From assembly GCA_947497985.1 (NCBI GenBank), contig CANMIX010000013.1, positions 23,641-87,640 on the forward strand: a stretch of DNA of 64,000 bases. The letters run 5' to 3'. The position numbers and the translations under genes were made by a program. Every line of letters begins with the position of its first letter. Position 1 is the first letter of the stretch. The notes under the pieces were generated by a model. The model did not search any database and was not told where the DNA came from. It was given only the letters and a program-made list of their open reading frames with translations. The DNA comes from an uncultured Rhodobacteraceae bacterium. Its GTDB lineage: Bacteria; Pseudomonadota; Alphaproteobacteria; Rhodobacterales; Rhodobacteraceae. Below, piece after piece: positions 15,230-25,511 of this stretch.

Positions 15230-17024
15230 CGCCGTTGCCGCCGCGCAGCAGGCCTTCTTCGATCGTGACTGGAGCCGCATTCGCGGCAGCGTTCCACGCG
15301 CCCGTGCAAAGCAGATGGCGCGCGCGGCCATGGGCCATTCACCCGCGATCTTCAAAGCCATTCGCGACGGCGGCACACACAACAAAACGCAGCTGCGCAA
15401 CCAGCTGGAATACCTGACCACCAAGTCGAGCTTTATCATCGATAGCCGTGGCACCTATGACGGCCAAAGCGTGCTATCAGGCAAGGAGATCGAGCAGGTT
15501 ACGCGCCGGTTTTCCGCACGGTGGAATGAGGGGTTCCATCCCAAACTGGGACATACCTCGCACCTCTTGATGGCCTTCCCGATTGGCACGCGCGGCGAGG
15601 ATGTCGCCGAGATCACGCGCGAGATCTGCGAGCGTTTCTTTCAAGGTGAAGGCAGCCAATTTGACTACATCGCCGCCGTGCATGAGGACCGGGACCATCC
15701 ACACGCTCATATCGTCCTGAACCGGCGCAGCAAGGACGGTGAATTCTTTTTTCTGAAAGAAGGGCACCATTTCAACTACGACAGTTTTCGCGAGGCAATG
15801 GTTGAGGTGTCGGACCGCTATGGGTTGCGGCTTGAGGCGACCCGAAAGCTCGAACGTGGGATCACGACGAAGAGGCCAAGCGATGCAGACCAGCGTCGCG
15901 CGGAAGCCAAGGGCCAGAAGCTGACCGAACGTGAGCGCGTGGGGCCGGAGCTTGACCGTGCCTTGGCTGACGTGGCGCAGAACGCGCGGCTTTATCGCGG
16001 CCTGGCCGCCGAGGCCTCGCGCGAGAACCAGCATGACATTGCAGCAGCCTTGGAGAAGGCCGCGACGTTATTGGCGCAGGGCAAACCGATTGAAGCAGAT
16101 GGAAAGGTATATGGCATGGCCGAAGAACAGCATTCGTTTGATGAGGTCGTGGATGCCTTTCACGACAAGATCAACCAAGCCGAACGCATTGTGGCGGACG
16201 CCCCGGTGGAGCGGCGTGCCGCGCTGGAGCATGAGCTGAACGACATCTATCGCTCTTTGTCGCATCTCAGCCCAATGGGAACGCAGTCCCATACCTTGCT
16301 TGAGGATGCGTCCAAGAGTGGGATCTATTCGGCCGCGAACATTCAGGCCGACGCCCAAGTTGCATTGCAGGATCCAGCTCTTTCTGAACGTCTTCAGCAG
16401 GCTTTGAAAGGCACAGGCATTGACGCGCAGGATGTTGCGCGTCGCGTCGAAATAGGCGCGGGCAATGCCGCACTGGAGCGGCAATGGCTTGGCCAGGATT
16501 TGAAGGCGATTGCCGAGAAGGAAGGCTTTGACCTGTCACGCGCCGATCAGCTGGAGAAGGCGATCGACCGTCTCGACGAGGTGCACAGTGAGCTGGGCCG
16601 TGTCTTGGCCGATGCTGAGGTTCTCAAGGACAGTGGTTCGGTGGAGTCTGACCGGCAAGAAGCCATAATCGACCGGTTGCCGCCGACCACCTCTGACATC
16701 CTGAGCCGTTTGAGAGATGATCCGACCGCAGATCCATTCCGTAGCGATCTGGAACGCGAGACCTTGCGCTCCGAGCTGGAGGAACTGGTCGGTGAAGAAA
16801 ACACACCGGACTTGGCGATTGGCGATGAGACCACGCTGGAGGAACATATCGAAGACCGTCTGGACCGTCTCTATGCGGCCAAGGCCTATCTGCAGAGCGA
16901 TGCCGCTTTGGCGAACAGCGTGGCGATGGAGCATGTCCTCGACGAGATCGCCAATGAGGAAATAGATCTCCAACGCGAGCGGCATGTCGATGCCGACGGC
17001 GAAAAGGGCGTGACGCATGGGTAA
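15216..17024 (+). CDS. conjugative relaxase (VirD2/MOBQ-P-like)
   Basis: Histidine triad VHEDRDHPHAHIVL (HxDxxxPHxH). Preferred ATG at 15216 (MARNSAV), inside the ORF called from 15189. Long acidic helical C-terminus. Confidence 0.85.
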   Translation: MARNSAVAAAQQAFFDRDWSRIRGSVPRARAKQMARAAMGHSPAIFKAIRDGGTHNKTQLRNQLEYLTTKSSFIIDSRGTYDGQSVLSGKEIEQVTRRFSARWNEGFHPKLGHTSHLLMAFPIGTRGEDVAEITREICERFFQGEGSQFDYIAAVHEDRDHPHAHIVLNRRSKDGEFFFLKEGHHFNYDSFREAMVEVSDRYGLRLEATRKLERGITTKRPSDADQRRAEAKGQKLTERERVGPELDRALADVAQNARLYRGLAAEASRENQHDIAAALEKAATLLAQGKPIEADGKVYGMAEEQHSFDEVVDAFHDKINQAERIVADAPVERRAALEHELNDIYRSLSHLSPMGTQSHTLLEDASKSGIYSAANIQADAQVALQDPALSERLQQALKGTGIDAQDVARRVEIGAGNAALERQWLGQDLKAIAEKEGFDLSRADQLEKAIDRLDEVHSELGRVLADAEVLKDSGSVESDRQEAIIDRLPPTTSDILSRLRDDPTADPFRSDLERETLRSELEELVGEENTPDLAIGDETTLEEHIEDRLDRLYAAKAYLQSDAALANSVAMEHVLDEIANEEIDLQRERHVDADGEKGVTHG

Positions 17025-18909
17025 GGCGCGGATCGCACTTGGCGTCATGAGCTTTGCTCTTCTCGGCGCGATGCTGGGGTATGTTCTGGCGTCGGCCTTT
17101 CTGACATTCCGCTGGTTCGGGGTCGGGGCGGATATCGATTTCTTGATGCTGGCGCGCAGTTATGGAGTTCTTCGATCGACCCATCCGGGCGATATGCAGA
17201 TCGTTCACTTGATCGTCGGGATCAGTACCGGTGCCGGTGTCTTGCTCAGCGCTGTGCTGATGAACGAAGCACTGACCAAGTTCGGTGAAACCCACTGGCA
17301 GCATATGTCCGAGATGAAGCGGAACGGCTTTTTCGGAAAGCCCGGCCACGGCTTCGTCCTCGGCAAAATGGGCAAGCCCAAAAGTCGCAAACCCTTCGTT
17401 ATGTCTAAGGTGTTCCCCCATGCCCTGATCGTCGCCCCGACCGGACGCGGCAAAACGACGGGGTTCGTCATCCCGAACCTTCTGACCTATCAGGGCAGTG
17501 CGGTGGTGCTCGACGTAAAAGGCGAAAATTTCGAGGCAACAGCGCGCCACAGGGTAGCGCAAGGTGACAAGGTGTTCCGGTTCGCGCCAACAGATTGGAA
17601 AGATGGCCGCTCGCACCGGTACAATCCCTTGCTGCGCATATCGGCGCTGGAAAACGTCGACCGCCAGCAGATGGAGCTGCAACTTCTGGCTTCGCTGTTC
17701 CTGCAAGCAGATAGCGACCGCGTCCAAGGGCTCCTCGATGGCGGTATCGATCTGTTTGTGGCGGCAGGGCTTTTGGCGTTCGAGCGAAAGCGGCCTACCT
17801 TGGGTGAGATCTACCGCATCACAGCATCAGGCGGTGACAAACAGAAAGAGTATCGCCGCCGCGCCGACGAAGTCGTTAATCCAGCTGCCAAGCTGATCTT
17901 CATGCGCATGGCCTCGACCAACAACGACACGCTCACCTCTTATCTGTCGCTCTTGATGACGTCCGGCCTGAAGCAGTGGTCAAACCCCGCCATCGACCGT
18001 GCGACCGCAACGTCAGACTTCGATTTCCGCGACATCCGAAAATCGCCGTTTTCGGTTTATCTCGTGGTCGAACCGCTTATGGTGAAACCCCTCGCGCCGT
18101 TGATCCGCTTGTTCTTCTCGGACTTGCTGGCATCGCTGCAGGACCACGAACCCGGCAAGGACGAACCTTGGCCGGTGATGATCATGCTCGATGAGTTTAA
18201 CCGCCTCGGAAAAATGCCGATCGTTCTCGACAGCATCGAAACCCTGCGGTCCTACCGCGCCAACCTCGCGATCGTCACACAGACGATCCCGGCTTTGGAC
18301 GAGATCTACGGTGAAAATGCCCGGCGTGCCCTGCAGGGCAACGCGGGCATCAAGCTCTATCTGACTCCATCAGATGAAAAGACCATCGAAGAGCTCAGCA
18401 AAGCCGTAGGTAAAACAACCAAGCGCGTTGTGACCCGTTCGCGCTCGGTCGGTCGCAACCCTTTCGCCGGGCGCAGCATGTCTGAACGGACCGAAGAAAC
18501 CGCGTTGCTGCCCGAGGATGAGGCGCGGCGCATGGATCTTGATGACATCGTTCTGGTGGTCGACGCGCAGATGCCCGTCCGCGCCAAGCGGATCAAATAC
18601 TATGAGGATCAGTTCTTTAAGCAGATTTTCGACAAGCAGACCGGCGATCTGCCATATCCATCTGCGGGAGACCAGATGCGTGGACTGCAAGGGCAGATCA
18701 AGGCGCTGGAGGCGAAGATCGGGGCGTTGGAAGTGCCAAGAGGGGCTGTAGATGATGCCTTTGAAGGTGGTGGGAAACGGCGCGATGAGATTGAGGAATT
18801 GGCGTCCGGCAGTCAAAATGCACAGTCAGGTGATCAGGCCAGTTTGGGTGATTATCAGGCCGGAACTGAAAGGGTGGAACGGTTCATGGAAGAGGCTGCT
18901 CGGGGATGA
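17017..18909 (+). CDS. virD4: type IV coupling protein VirD4/TraG
   Basis: N-terminal TM helices. Walker A VAPTGRGKTTG. Walker B MIMLDEFNRLG. Overlaps the relaxase stop. Confidence 0.9.
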   Translation: MGKARIALGVMSFALLGAMLGYVLASAFLTFRWFGVGADIDFLMLARSYGVLRSTHPGDMQIVHLIVGISTGAGVLLSAVLMNEALTKFGETHWQHMSEMKRNGFFGKPGHGFVLGKMGKPKSRKPFVMSKVFPHALIVAPTGRGKTTGFVIPNLLTYQGSAVVLDVKGENFEATARHRVAQGDKVFRFAPTDWKDGRSHRYNPLLRISALENVDRQQMELQLLASLFLQADSDRVQGLLDGGIDLFVAAGLLAFERKRPTLGEIYRITASGGDKQKEYRRRADEVVNPAAKLIFMRMASTNNDTLTSYLSLLMTSGLKQWSNPAIDRATATSDFDFRDIRKSPFSVYLVVEPLMVKPLAPLIRLFFSDLLASLQDHEPGKDEPWPVMIMLDEFNRLGKMPIVLDSIETLRSYRANLAIVTQTIPALDEIYGENARRALQGNAGIKLYLTPSDEKTIEELSKAVGKTTKRVVTRSRSVGRNPFAGRSMSERTEETALLPEDEARRMDLDDIVLVVDAQMPVRAKRIKYYEDQFFKQIFDKQTGDLPYPSAGDQMRGLQGQIKALEAKIGALEVPRGAVDDAFEGGGKRRDEIEELASGSQNAQSGDQASLGDYQAGTERVERFMEEAARG

Positions 18910-19098
18910 CGGGCAGAGAGCGGTCGTTCGCTGCACTGGTATCGTTTCACTTGATTTGTTAGTTAAGCAGACATTCGCGGGAGGTCGTAATGTGGATCGG
19001 GAGTGGTCCCCCCTTCGTGTGGACTATGCTGACTTTCTCATCCAATTGCAGGTCTGGCAGTGTAGGCTTATTAACGGAATAGTTGGTGGGATTGTGAC

Positions 19099-21375
19099 AT
19101 GAAAAGGCTTGGAAATCTGTCACCTCCGGATTTTGAAGATCTGTGTCGTGATATCCTGCAAGCTGAAACCGGTCAGCGATTTTCTGCGTTTGGCGCGGGA
19201 GCTGATGGCGGTATTGATGGCAGGCATTCCAAGGGTCCTAAGTCGACCATTCTTCAGTGCAAGCATTATCTGAATTCAACGTTTTCTCAGTTGAAGTCGG
19301 CTTTGAAAAAGGAAGTGCCGAAGATCGATCTTCTGAAACCAAGTCGTTACATTTTCTTGACGTCTCAATCGTTGACACCTGCACGCAGCGACGAACTGGC
19401 AGATGTGTTAGGTGATCGCCTCAAACATTCGGAAGACATTTGGAGTGCGGAAGACATCGAGGCCGCGCTGAAGCGTCACCCCGACATCGAAAAGGCACAT
19501 CTGAAACTCTGGATGACCAGTACGGCAGTTTTGGAGAAGGTGCTGCAGTCAGGTCTTGAGGCCCACACAGCAGCGACCAAAGCTGAAATCTTGGACGAGT
19601 TGCGAGTCTATGTTCGTAACCCAAGTTTTGACGCCGCGTTTGAAACGCTCGAACGACATCGTGTCCTCGTTGTGTCTGGCCCGCCAGGGGTGGGAAAGAC
19701 CACGTTGGCCAAAATGCTCACATATCACTATCTCAATGACGATTGGCAGTTTTGCGCGATAAGATCTCTCGACGATGGCTTTGCCAAACTTGATGAGGAA
19801 AAGCGAACCATCTTCTTCTTTGATGACTTCCTTGGACAGATTGAGCTTGATCGCCAAGCACTTGTTCAACGGGATGGGCAACTTGCGAGATTTGTGAAAC
19901 GCGTTAGAGCTTCCAAAAACTCTCGTTTCATTCTTACCACGCGCGCACACATTTTTGAGGAAGCACGACGGCTTTCAGATCATATGGATGAGGGCCGCTT
20001 CCAGCTTTCAAAATTTCTGCTGGATGTCGGTCAATATACTCGCGCAATCAAAGCGCGCATATTGTTCAACCATCTTGCCGCATCAGATTTGAGTGGCGAA
20101 CACATAGAAGCTTTGCTTCAAGGTGACTGGCTGAAGAAGATCGTCGACCACCGAAACTATAATCCGCGCCGAATCGCTCATGCTGCCGCAGAGTGTCCTG
20201 AGGGCTTGGAAGCATCCGCCTATCCGACATTTGCTTTCAAGACCCTAGAAAATCCTGCTCCGATCTGGGCAAAGGCATACCGCAGTCTCAGTATACGCTG
20301 CCAGAACCTGCTTGTGGCTCTCTACTTCGGCAATCAGTATGGCCAGTCCATTGAGGTTCTGCGGGAAAACTACAACGCGATACACAATAAGATATGCGAA
20401 CACTATTCACAGCCGTCAAAGCCAGAGGACTTCGAAGAAGCTCTTAAATCACTCGAGTCTGGTTTTGTTGCAATATCGGATCAGCAGGTCCGGTTTGTGA
20501 ACCCATCAGTCCGCGACTTTCTCAAAGAGCATTTATCTGATGCAGATTTTCTGGGCCTGCTGCCGACTTTTTGTGTTCGAGCTGAATGGGCACAGAACCT
20601 ATGGATTCACTTGAAGCATAGGTTCCAGACCGATCCTGATAAACTGAAAACGCTGGCGCTGGCATTCTTCCAATTTGCAAACAAACTGGACCAAATTCCC
20701 AACTTCGCAAAGGTAAAGTCGAAACAGTACAATTATTGGTTCCGCGAACTAGTTGACCTTTCTATCTCTGAGCGCGGATCCCTTCTGTTCGACCTGTTTG
20801 AGCAATCTGACGACCGTAGCTTTCTCGATGCCGCGATCTCAGTTGTGAACAGCGAGGTTCTTGGGATCGAAGCGTCACGTGATTCCAGAGACCTACCGGA
20901 ACTTCATTGGAGGGTTTCCAACTTTGTCGATGATGATGTGGAGGGCAAGGCGGTCCTGCTCACGTCAGTTGAGGTCGCTCTGGTGAAGGCGATCGAAGCT
21001 GGCGTCCCGATGGACGAGTTGGTCGCAGTGAATGACGCCATAAACGAGTACCTTGATGAAGCTATTGATCTCGGCCCCATCGAGGACGCGATCAATTCCG
21101 CGATTGACTATGAGTTTGATGAGATTTCAGAAAGAATCTCTGACCTTTCGTCCGAAAGTGAGCTGAATGAGCACCTAGAGATGCTGGAGTTCATTGCACA
21201 ACACACTGATCGAAGTGCCGAGACTGCGAAAATGGTGATACTAGAGAAAATCAGTGAAAATGAAGTGCCTGACTATGATGACTACCAACCGAGTTCTCGC
21301 GGGCGAAGTAGTCACGTTGATGCAGAGTTTTCCGACAATGATCTCGTAAGCTTGTTCTCGACTCTTTCGAAATAA
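19099..21375 (+). CDS. Mrr-like restriction-endonuclease domain fused to a P-loop STAND-like NTPase (758 aa)
   Basis: N-terminus FEDLCRDIL...GAGADGGIDG...ILQCKHY (Mrr_cat-type core). Walker A VSGPPGVGKTTLAK. Walker B IFFFDDFLGQ. Helical, very acidic C-terminal region. AT-richer than the backbone. Confidence 0.7.
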   Translation: MKRLGNLSPPDFEDLCRDILQAETGQRFSAFGAGADGGIDGRHSKGPKSTILQCKHYLNSTFSQLKSALKKEVPKIDLLKPSRYIFLTSQSLTPARSDELADVLGDRLKHSEDIWSAEDIEAALKRHPDIEKAHLKLWMTSTAVLEKVLQSGLEAHTAATKAEILDELRVYVRNPSFDAAFETLERHRVLVVSGPPGVGKTTLAKMLTYHYLNDDWQFCAIRSLDDGFAKLDEEKRTIFFFDDFLGQIELDRQALVQRDGQLARFVKRVRASKNSRFILTTRAHIFEEARRLSDHMDEGRFQLSKFLLDVGQYTRAIKARILFNHLAASDLSGEHIEALLQGDWLKKIVDHRNYNPRRIAHAAAECPEGLEASAYPTFAFKTLENPAPIWAKAYRSLSIRCQNLLVALYFGNQYGQSIEVLRENYNAIHNKICEHYSQPSKPEDFEEALKSLESGFVAISDQQVRFVNPSVRDFLKEHLSDADFLGLLPTFCVRAEWAQNLWIHLKHRFQTDPDKLKTLALAFFQFANKLDQIPNFAKVKSKQYNYWFRELVDLSISERGSLLFDLFEQSDDRSFLDAAISVVNSEVLGIEASRDSRDLPELHWRVSNFVDDDVEGKAVLLTSVEVALVKAIEAGVPMDELVAVNDAINEYLDEAIDLGPIEDAINSAIDYEFDEISERISDLSSESELNEHLEMLEFIAQHTDRSAETAKMVILEKISENEVPDYDDYQPSSRGRSSHVDAEFSDNDLVSLFSTLSK

Positions 21376-21484
21376 CTCTCCTGCTCCAATGATTCTGCGT
21401 TTTCTCATAAAGGGCACTTGACTTAGCTTGTGGCGAACCAACAGCGGCCCATCGCTGTTCGGCATTTATAAGGACATTAGTTTA

Positions 21485-24187
21485 ATGGCATTTGAGGAAC
21501 TTATTACTTGGTCAGATCAAAAAGTACGGCCGGATTGGCAAAAGGATGCGCTTCGGCGGCTGGCGACAACAGGCGAGTTGAGCAAAGAAGACTTGTCGGA
21601 CCTACGAAAGGTTGTTGAGAAGGCAACAGAACTGATCGACGACGAGGTCGCTGCGGTTACTCCCCTAGCTGCGGAGTACCTATCTGATCCGGCAGCCGAC
21701 GCCCCACGCACAATTCTTGGTGCGATTGGACCTGTCCGTCGGGTAGACCGGCTAGCAGGCGACCAGCCTCCGATCAAATTCGCGAAAAATGGGATCACAC
21801 TTGTTTATGGTGCCAATGCATCAGGTAAGAGCGGCTACTGCCGAATAGCTAAACAGCTTTGCAGGTCTCTCAGTCCTCAAGACCTCAAAGGCAATGTTTA
21901 TGAGGCCGCCTCAGCCGACCCACCAGAAGTTGACCTTGTGTTCGGCATGGAAGGCGACGAACCCGATCGCCAAGAGGCAACCTGGCGACATGGCGATCCG
22001 TCTCCGGCAGAACTAGCAAGGATATCCGTATTCGATACGGCGACGGCGCGCGTTTACGTAGACAAAGACCGCAAGGTTGAATTCCTACCCTACGAGCTCG
22101 ACCTTTTGAACAAGCTCGCTCTGGCAGCAAAGGCGCTGGACGGTGATTTTGAGGTGCGGGAAAACGGGATCGATGCGGCGATCCGTACGCCACTGCCTGC
22201 TGGTTATACGGATGGCACCGCTGTCTCGCAGGCTCTTGCAAAACTCGTCCCTGAAACAGAGCTAGCCGATCTTCCCGATGAAGCGGGCCTGCGCGCGCTC
22301 TCCGTATGGAATGATGAAAAGGAGGCCGATCTCCAGAGCGTCAGCGATGAAATTCGCGATGATCCTAAGGAGCGGCTGCGGTCTCACAGATTGGCGAAGC
22401 AGGGGCTAGAGAATATAAAGACCGCGCTTTCCGGTCACCTTGGACTTCTTGCCGATGATGGCGTTGCCAAGATCAAAGATGCCCACACCGATATGACGAC
22501 AAAGGCCGAGGCGGCCAAGACAGCAGCCCAAGGTCTGGGAGAAGGGATGCCGATCCCGGAAATCGGTTCGGAATCCTGGCGAAAGATGCTGATCTATGCC
22601 CGCGACTTTGCCGGTGAAGCTTTCCCTGTGCGCGATGACCCCAAGCTGGCCACTGGCGAATCCTGCGTCCTTTGTCAGCAACCTTTGGAGGATGACGCAG
22701 CTTCACGGATGGCGAGGTTCGATGAGTATATTTCTGGGCGCACTGCCAGCGACAGTCAGAAAGCCACAGAAGACTACGAGGTGCTTGTCGCTTCGATCAA
22801 TGCTCTCCGCCTTGGCACGCAGGATCAAACCAAAGCGCTTCTTGGCGTTTATGGCGGGTTGAGCGATGACCATCAGGCTTTTGTCGATGAGATTACGCTT
22901 GGTTACCATGTTCTTGCTTCACGTCTTGAGGCGGTGAAGGCGATGATCGCAGCGGGCACTTTTGATGGGGCGGATGCTTTGGAAGCTGTCCAAGTCGATC
23001 TCATCCAAAAGATCGATGCAGCGCTTGAAAACCTGCAGGCGCAGATCGATGTTCTTGAAAACGCAGATGCCGATGAAGAGCGCATGAAAACGCTCGCATC
23101 CGAAAAGGCAGAGCTCGAAGATGCAAAGAAGCTGAGTCAGGAGATCGAAATTGTGGTCGCCCGGTTTAAGCAGCTCGTGGAGCGGCTCAAGATCAAAGAG
23201 GCGCGCAAGCTGTGTGCGTCAGGTCCCATTGCGCGCCAGCTCACGGCCCGTCGCCGTGTCATATTGACCAAGAGCCTGAAAACGCAGCTCACAGAAGAAC
23301 TGGAAACTCTCAAACTCTCGCATATTCCCATCGATCTCTCCGACCGCAGTGCGGGCCCTGACAGTGTTATTGAAGTTGGCCTGACTGCCCATCAGCGTGT
23401 GGCAAACAACAGCGATGTGCTCAGCGAGGGTGAACAGAGAGCGCTCGCGTTGTCATGTTTCCTTGCCGAACTGATCGAGGTTGGTGCCGAACACGGCATT
23501 ATAGTCGATGATCCGGTTTCCTCGCTGGATCACTCCCGAATGGAAGCTGTGGCAAAGCGGCTTGTGGCGGAGGCTTCGGCTGGCCGCCAGGTCATCATCT
23601 TTACGCACAATATCGTGTTTCATTACATGATGGAGAATGAGGCACGCCGTGCCGATATTCCCTGCCATACCGAATGGATGTCGAGTCTAGGTGGAACCAA
23701 ATTCGGGATTATTGATGACTCGGGTAAGCCGAACCACACCAAGAAGGCAAAGCAACGCATCGGCGAGCTCAACGAAGCTAAGGCTAAATTGTATAAGGAC
23801 GGTTATGATCCGGCGGTTCAGGAATTTCGCGATCCGCTCACGGCCATCTATACGCTAATGCGCGAAACCTGGGAGCGGATCGTCGAAGAAATCCTGTTCA
23901 ACGGTACGATCCAGCGTTTTCGTCCGGAGGTAATGACCCAAAGCCTAAAGCATGCTTGCTATGATCCCGCAGATGATTATCCGGCGATTTTCGAGGGCAT
24001 GAAGCGATGCTCGCATCATTCCGGGCACGATAGGGCGGCAGACTTGCCACAGGAGCTACCTGAAAAGGTAGATATTGATGCTGACCTGCAGGCCCTTGTC
24101 GAATTTCACAAGAAGGTCTCTGACCGAAAGGCCGTTCTCGAGAAAGGACATAGCTATGAGAAAGGTCCTGAGCCAGAGTTCCTTTGA
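21485..24187 (+). CDS. ABC/SMC-type ATPase with coiled-coil CxxC hook and RloC/PrrC-like C-terminal region
   Basis: Walker A YGANASGKSG (21809-21832). Signature LSEGEQRAL. Walker B IIVDDPVSSLD. H-loop FTHN. About 480 aa of coiled coil between the head halves, with CVLC at 22664-22675. Tail carries RETWE and KRCSHHSGHD. ATG 21485 is preferred over TTG 21428. Confidence 0.7.
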   Translation: MAFEELITWSDQKVRPDWQKDALRRLATTGELSKEDLSDLRKVVEKATELIDDEVAAVTPLAAEYLSDPAADAPRTILGAIGPVRRVDRLAGDQPPIKFAKNGITLVYGANASGKSGYCRIAKQLCRSLSPQDLKGNVYEAASADPPEVDLVFGMEGDEPDRQEATWRHGDPSPAELARISVFDTATARVYVDKDRKVEFLPYELDLLNKLALAAKALDGDFEVRENGIDAAIRTPLPAGYTDGTAVSQALAKLVPETELADLPDEAGLRALSVWNDEKEADLQSVSDEIRDDPKERLRSHRLAKQGLENIKTALSGHLGLLADDGVAKIKDAHTDMTTKAEAAKTAAQGLGEGMPIPEIGSESWRKMLIYARDFAGEAFPVRDDPKLATGESCVLCQQPLEDDAASRMARFDEYISGRTASDSQKATEDYEVLVASINALRLGTQDQTKALLGVYGGLSDDHQAFVDEITLGYHVLASRLEAVKAMIAAGTFDGADALEAVQVDLIQKIDAALENLQAQIDVLENADADEERMKTLASEKAELEDAKKLSQEIEIVVARFKQLVERLKIKEARKLCASGPIARQLTARRRVILTKSLKTQLTEELETLKLSHIPIDLSDRSAGPDSVIEVGLTAHQRVANNSDVLSEGEQRALALSCFLAELIEVGAEHGIIVDDPVSSLDHSRMEAVAKRLVAEASAGRQVIIFTHNIVFHYMMENEARRADIPCHTEWMSSLGGTKFGIIDDSGKPNHTKKAKQRIGELNEAKAKLYKDGYDPAVQEFRDPLTAIYTLMRETWERIVEEILFNGTIQRFRPEVMTQSLKHACYDPADDYPAIFEGMKRCSHHSGHDRAADLPQELPEKVDIDADLQALVEFHKKVSDRKAVLEKGHSYEKGPEPEFL

Positions 24188-24315
24188 TGTTGCGTCATTA
24201 GGCTATGCTGGTCCATCCCAATTGTCCGATAGAGAGAATTGCTGCGAGTTGCACCAATGTCAGCTTGCGGGGACCTAATTGTGGGGCGCTGAATGTCGGC
24301 TCAGGGCCGAAATCC

Positions 24316-25314
24316 CTATTCCAACCGCTTTGCCCTTTCAGCGACCCTCTGAACCATAGAAACAGTCGCACCGCCTGCCTGCCGTATCCCAGCCCCCGCG
24401 ATCTCAGCATTTGACCTGGTCCCAAAGCGAGCCCGCGCCCGTGACCCCTTGGTGCCGATCAATCCCTTTGCGAATCCACCCGGACCGGGAATGCTCGGCG
24501 GTCCGGCCATCATGAAGTTGCCTGAGATCGATCGCACGATTAGCGGGGTCGCGATGATCATGCCCCCTGCAAGGAACATCATCATGAAGAAGGGCACCAG
24601 TGCGCCGATGTTGCTTGCGCCTGACGGATCTCCGAGTTCCGTCATCAGCGAGCGCGACATTCCGACAACGGTGGAAAACACGCCTGCGATTACGAGGGGG
24701 TAGAGCGCGTAGGATACCGTGCTGGACAGCCAGCGGTGGAAATAGTCCTTGCTGACGTCGAACAGCGAAAGCGCGATCATGATTGGGGCGATGCCGATCA
24801 TGAAAGCCAGCATGATCTTTGCGAAGATCAGGACAAGGCCGCAGAGCGCGCCGATGACGCCCAGGAGGAATGCGCCGATCGCACCGATGAGGGCTCCGGC
24901 CATCCAATGCATGTTGTCACCGGCCGCGTTCAGGTAGTCGCCAAATTCCTCTATAAGATCGTCGAAGGCCCCGGCAAAGTAGGACGCGCCAGCCCCGCCA
25001 CCGCCAAGCCCCGCCACCATGCCGCCCGCGAGCTGGTCGAGCCCATTAATCAGCGCGCTGGTCACCGCATTGAATTGGACCCAGTTCATCGCGAATAAAG
25101 AGATCAGCATGAGCTTGAGGGCGAACCAGAAGGCGGTTCGCCCATCCATGGATTTGTACTGAAATACCATGTTGAGGAAGACGCCGATCACGGCGAGCGT
25201 GGAGGCGACCGCAACGATGCCGCCAAGCTGACCCGCGACGTTGCCAAATGTGGTTTGGGCCGCGTCTTCCAGAAAGTTGTCGGTTGTCTCAACCATCCAG
25301 GTGACGACGCCCAT
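24316..25314 (-). CDS. virB6: T4SS inner-membrane protein VirB6/TrbL family
   Basis: 332 aa, polytopic, Gly/Ala/Ile-rich TM helices. Last gene of the virB operon. Confidence 0.7.
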   Translation of the reverse strand: MGVVTWMVETTDNFLEDAAQTTFGNVAGQLGGIVAVASTLAVIGVFLNMVFQYKSMDGRTAFWFALKLMLISLFAMNWVQFNAVTSALINGLDQLAGGMVAGLGGGGAGASYFAGAFDDLIEEFGDYLNAAGDNMHWMAGALIGAIGAFLLGVIGALCGLVLIFAKIMLAFMIGIAPIMIALSLFDVSKDYFHRWLSSTVSYALYPLVIAGVFSTVVGMSRSLMTELGDPSGASNIGALVPFFMMMFLAGGMIIATPLIVRSISGNFMMAGPPSIPGPGGFAKGLIGTKGSRARARFGTRSNAEIAGAGIRQAGGATVSMVQRVAERAKRLE

Positions 25315-25334
25315 AGGATCCCCCTCAGTTAGGT

Positions 25335-25511
25335 TTAGGCGGTCGCGCCGGTGCGACGTTTCAGGAAGGCTTTCAGAATGTGCTCACCGTCGAAATCCGG
25401 CACCACCGACACCAGCTCCCAGCCAGCTTGGCCAAGGGCGGTCAGCTGCGCTTCGATCTTCGGTGGCTTGGTTTTGGCGGTGTTGATCTGTTCAATCTTG
25501 TATTCAAACAT
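25335..25511 (-). CDS. small protein, DUF4177-like
   Basis: Internal ATG at 25511 (MFEYKIEQINT...) overlaps the virB11 stop by 8 nt. The longer ORF called to 25580 overlaps virB11. Confidence 0.5.
   Translation of the reverse strand: MFEYKIEQINTAKTKPPKIEAQLTALGQAGWELVSVVPDFDGEHILKAFLKRRTGATA

Noticed and set aside
16624-17727. 367-aa minus-strand ORF
   Set aside because: Antisense to the relaxase 3-prime end and the virD4 5-prime end. Arg/Pro/His-rich, low-complexity translation typical of wrong-frame GC-rich sequence.
24188-24315. Possible bidirectional terminator between the ABC ATPase gene and virB6
   Set aside because: No convincing GC-rich stem followed by a T-run on either strand.
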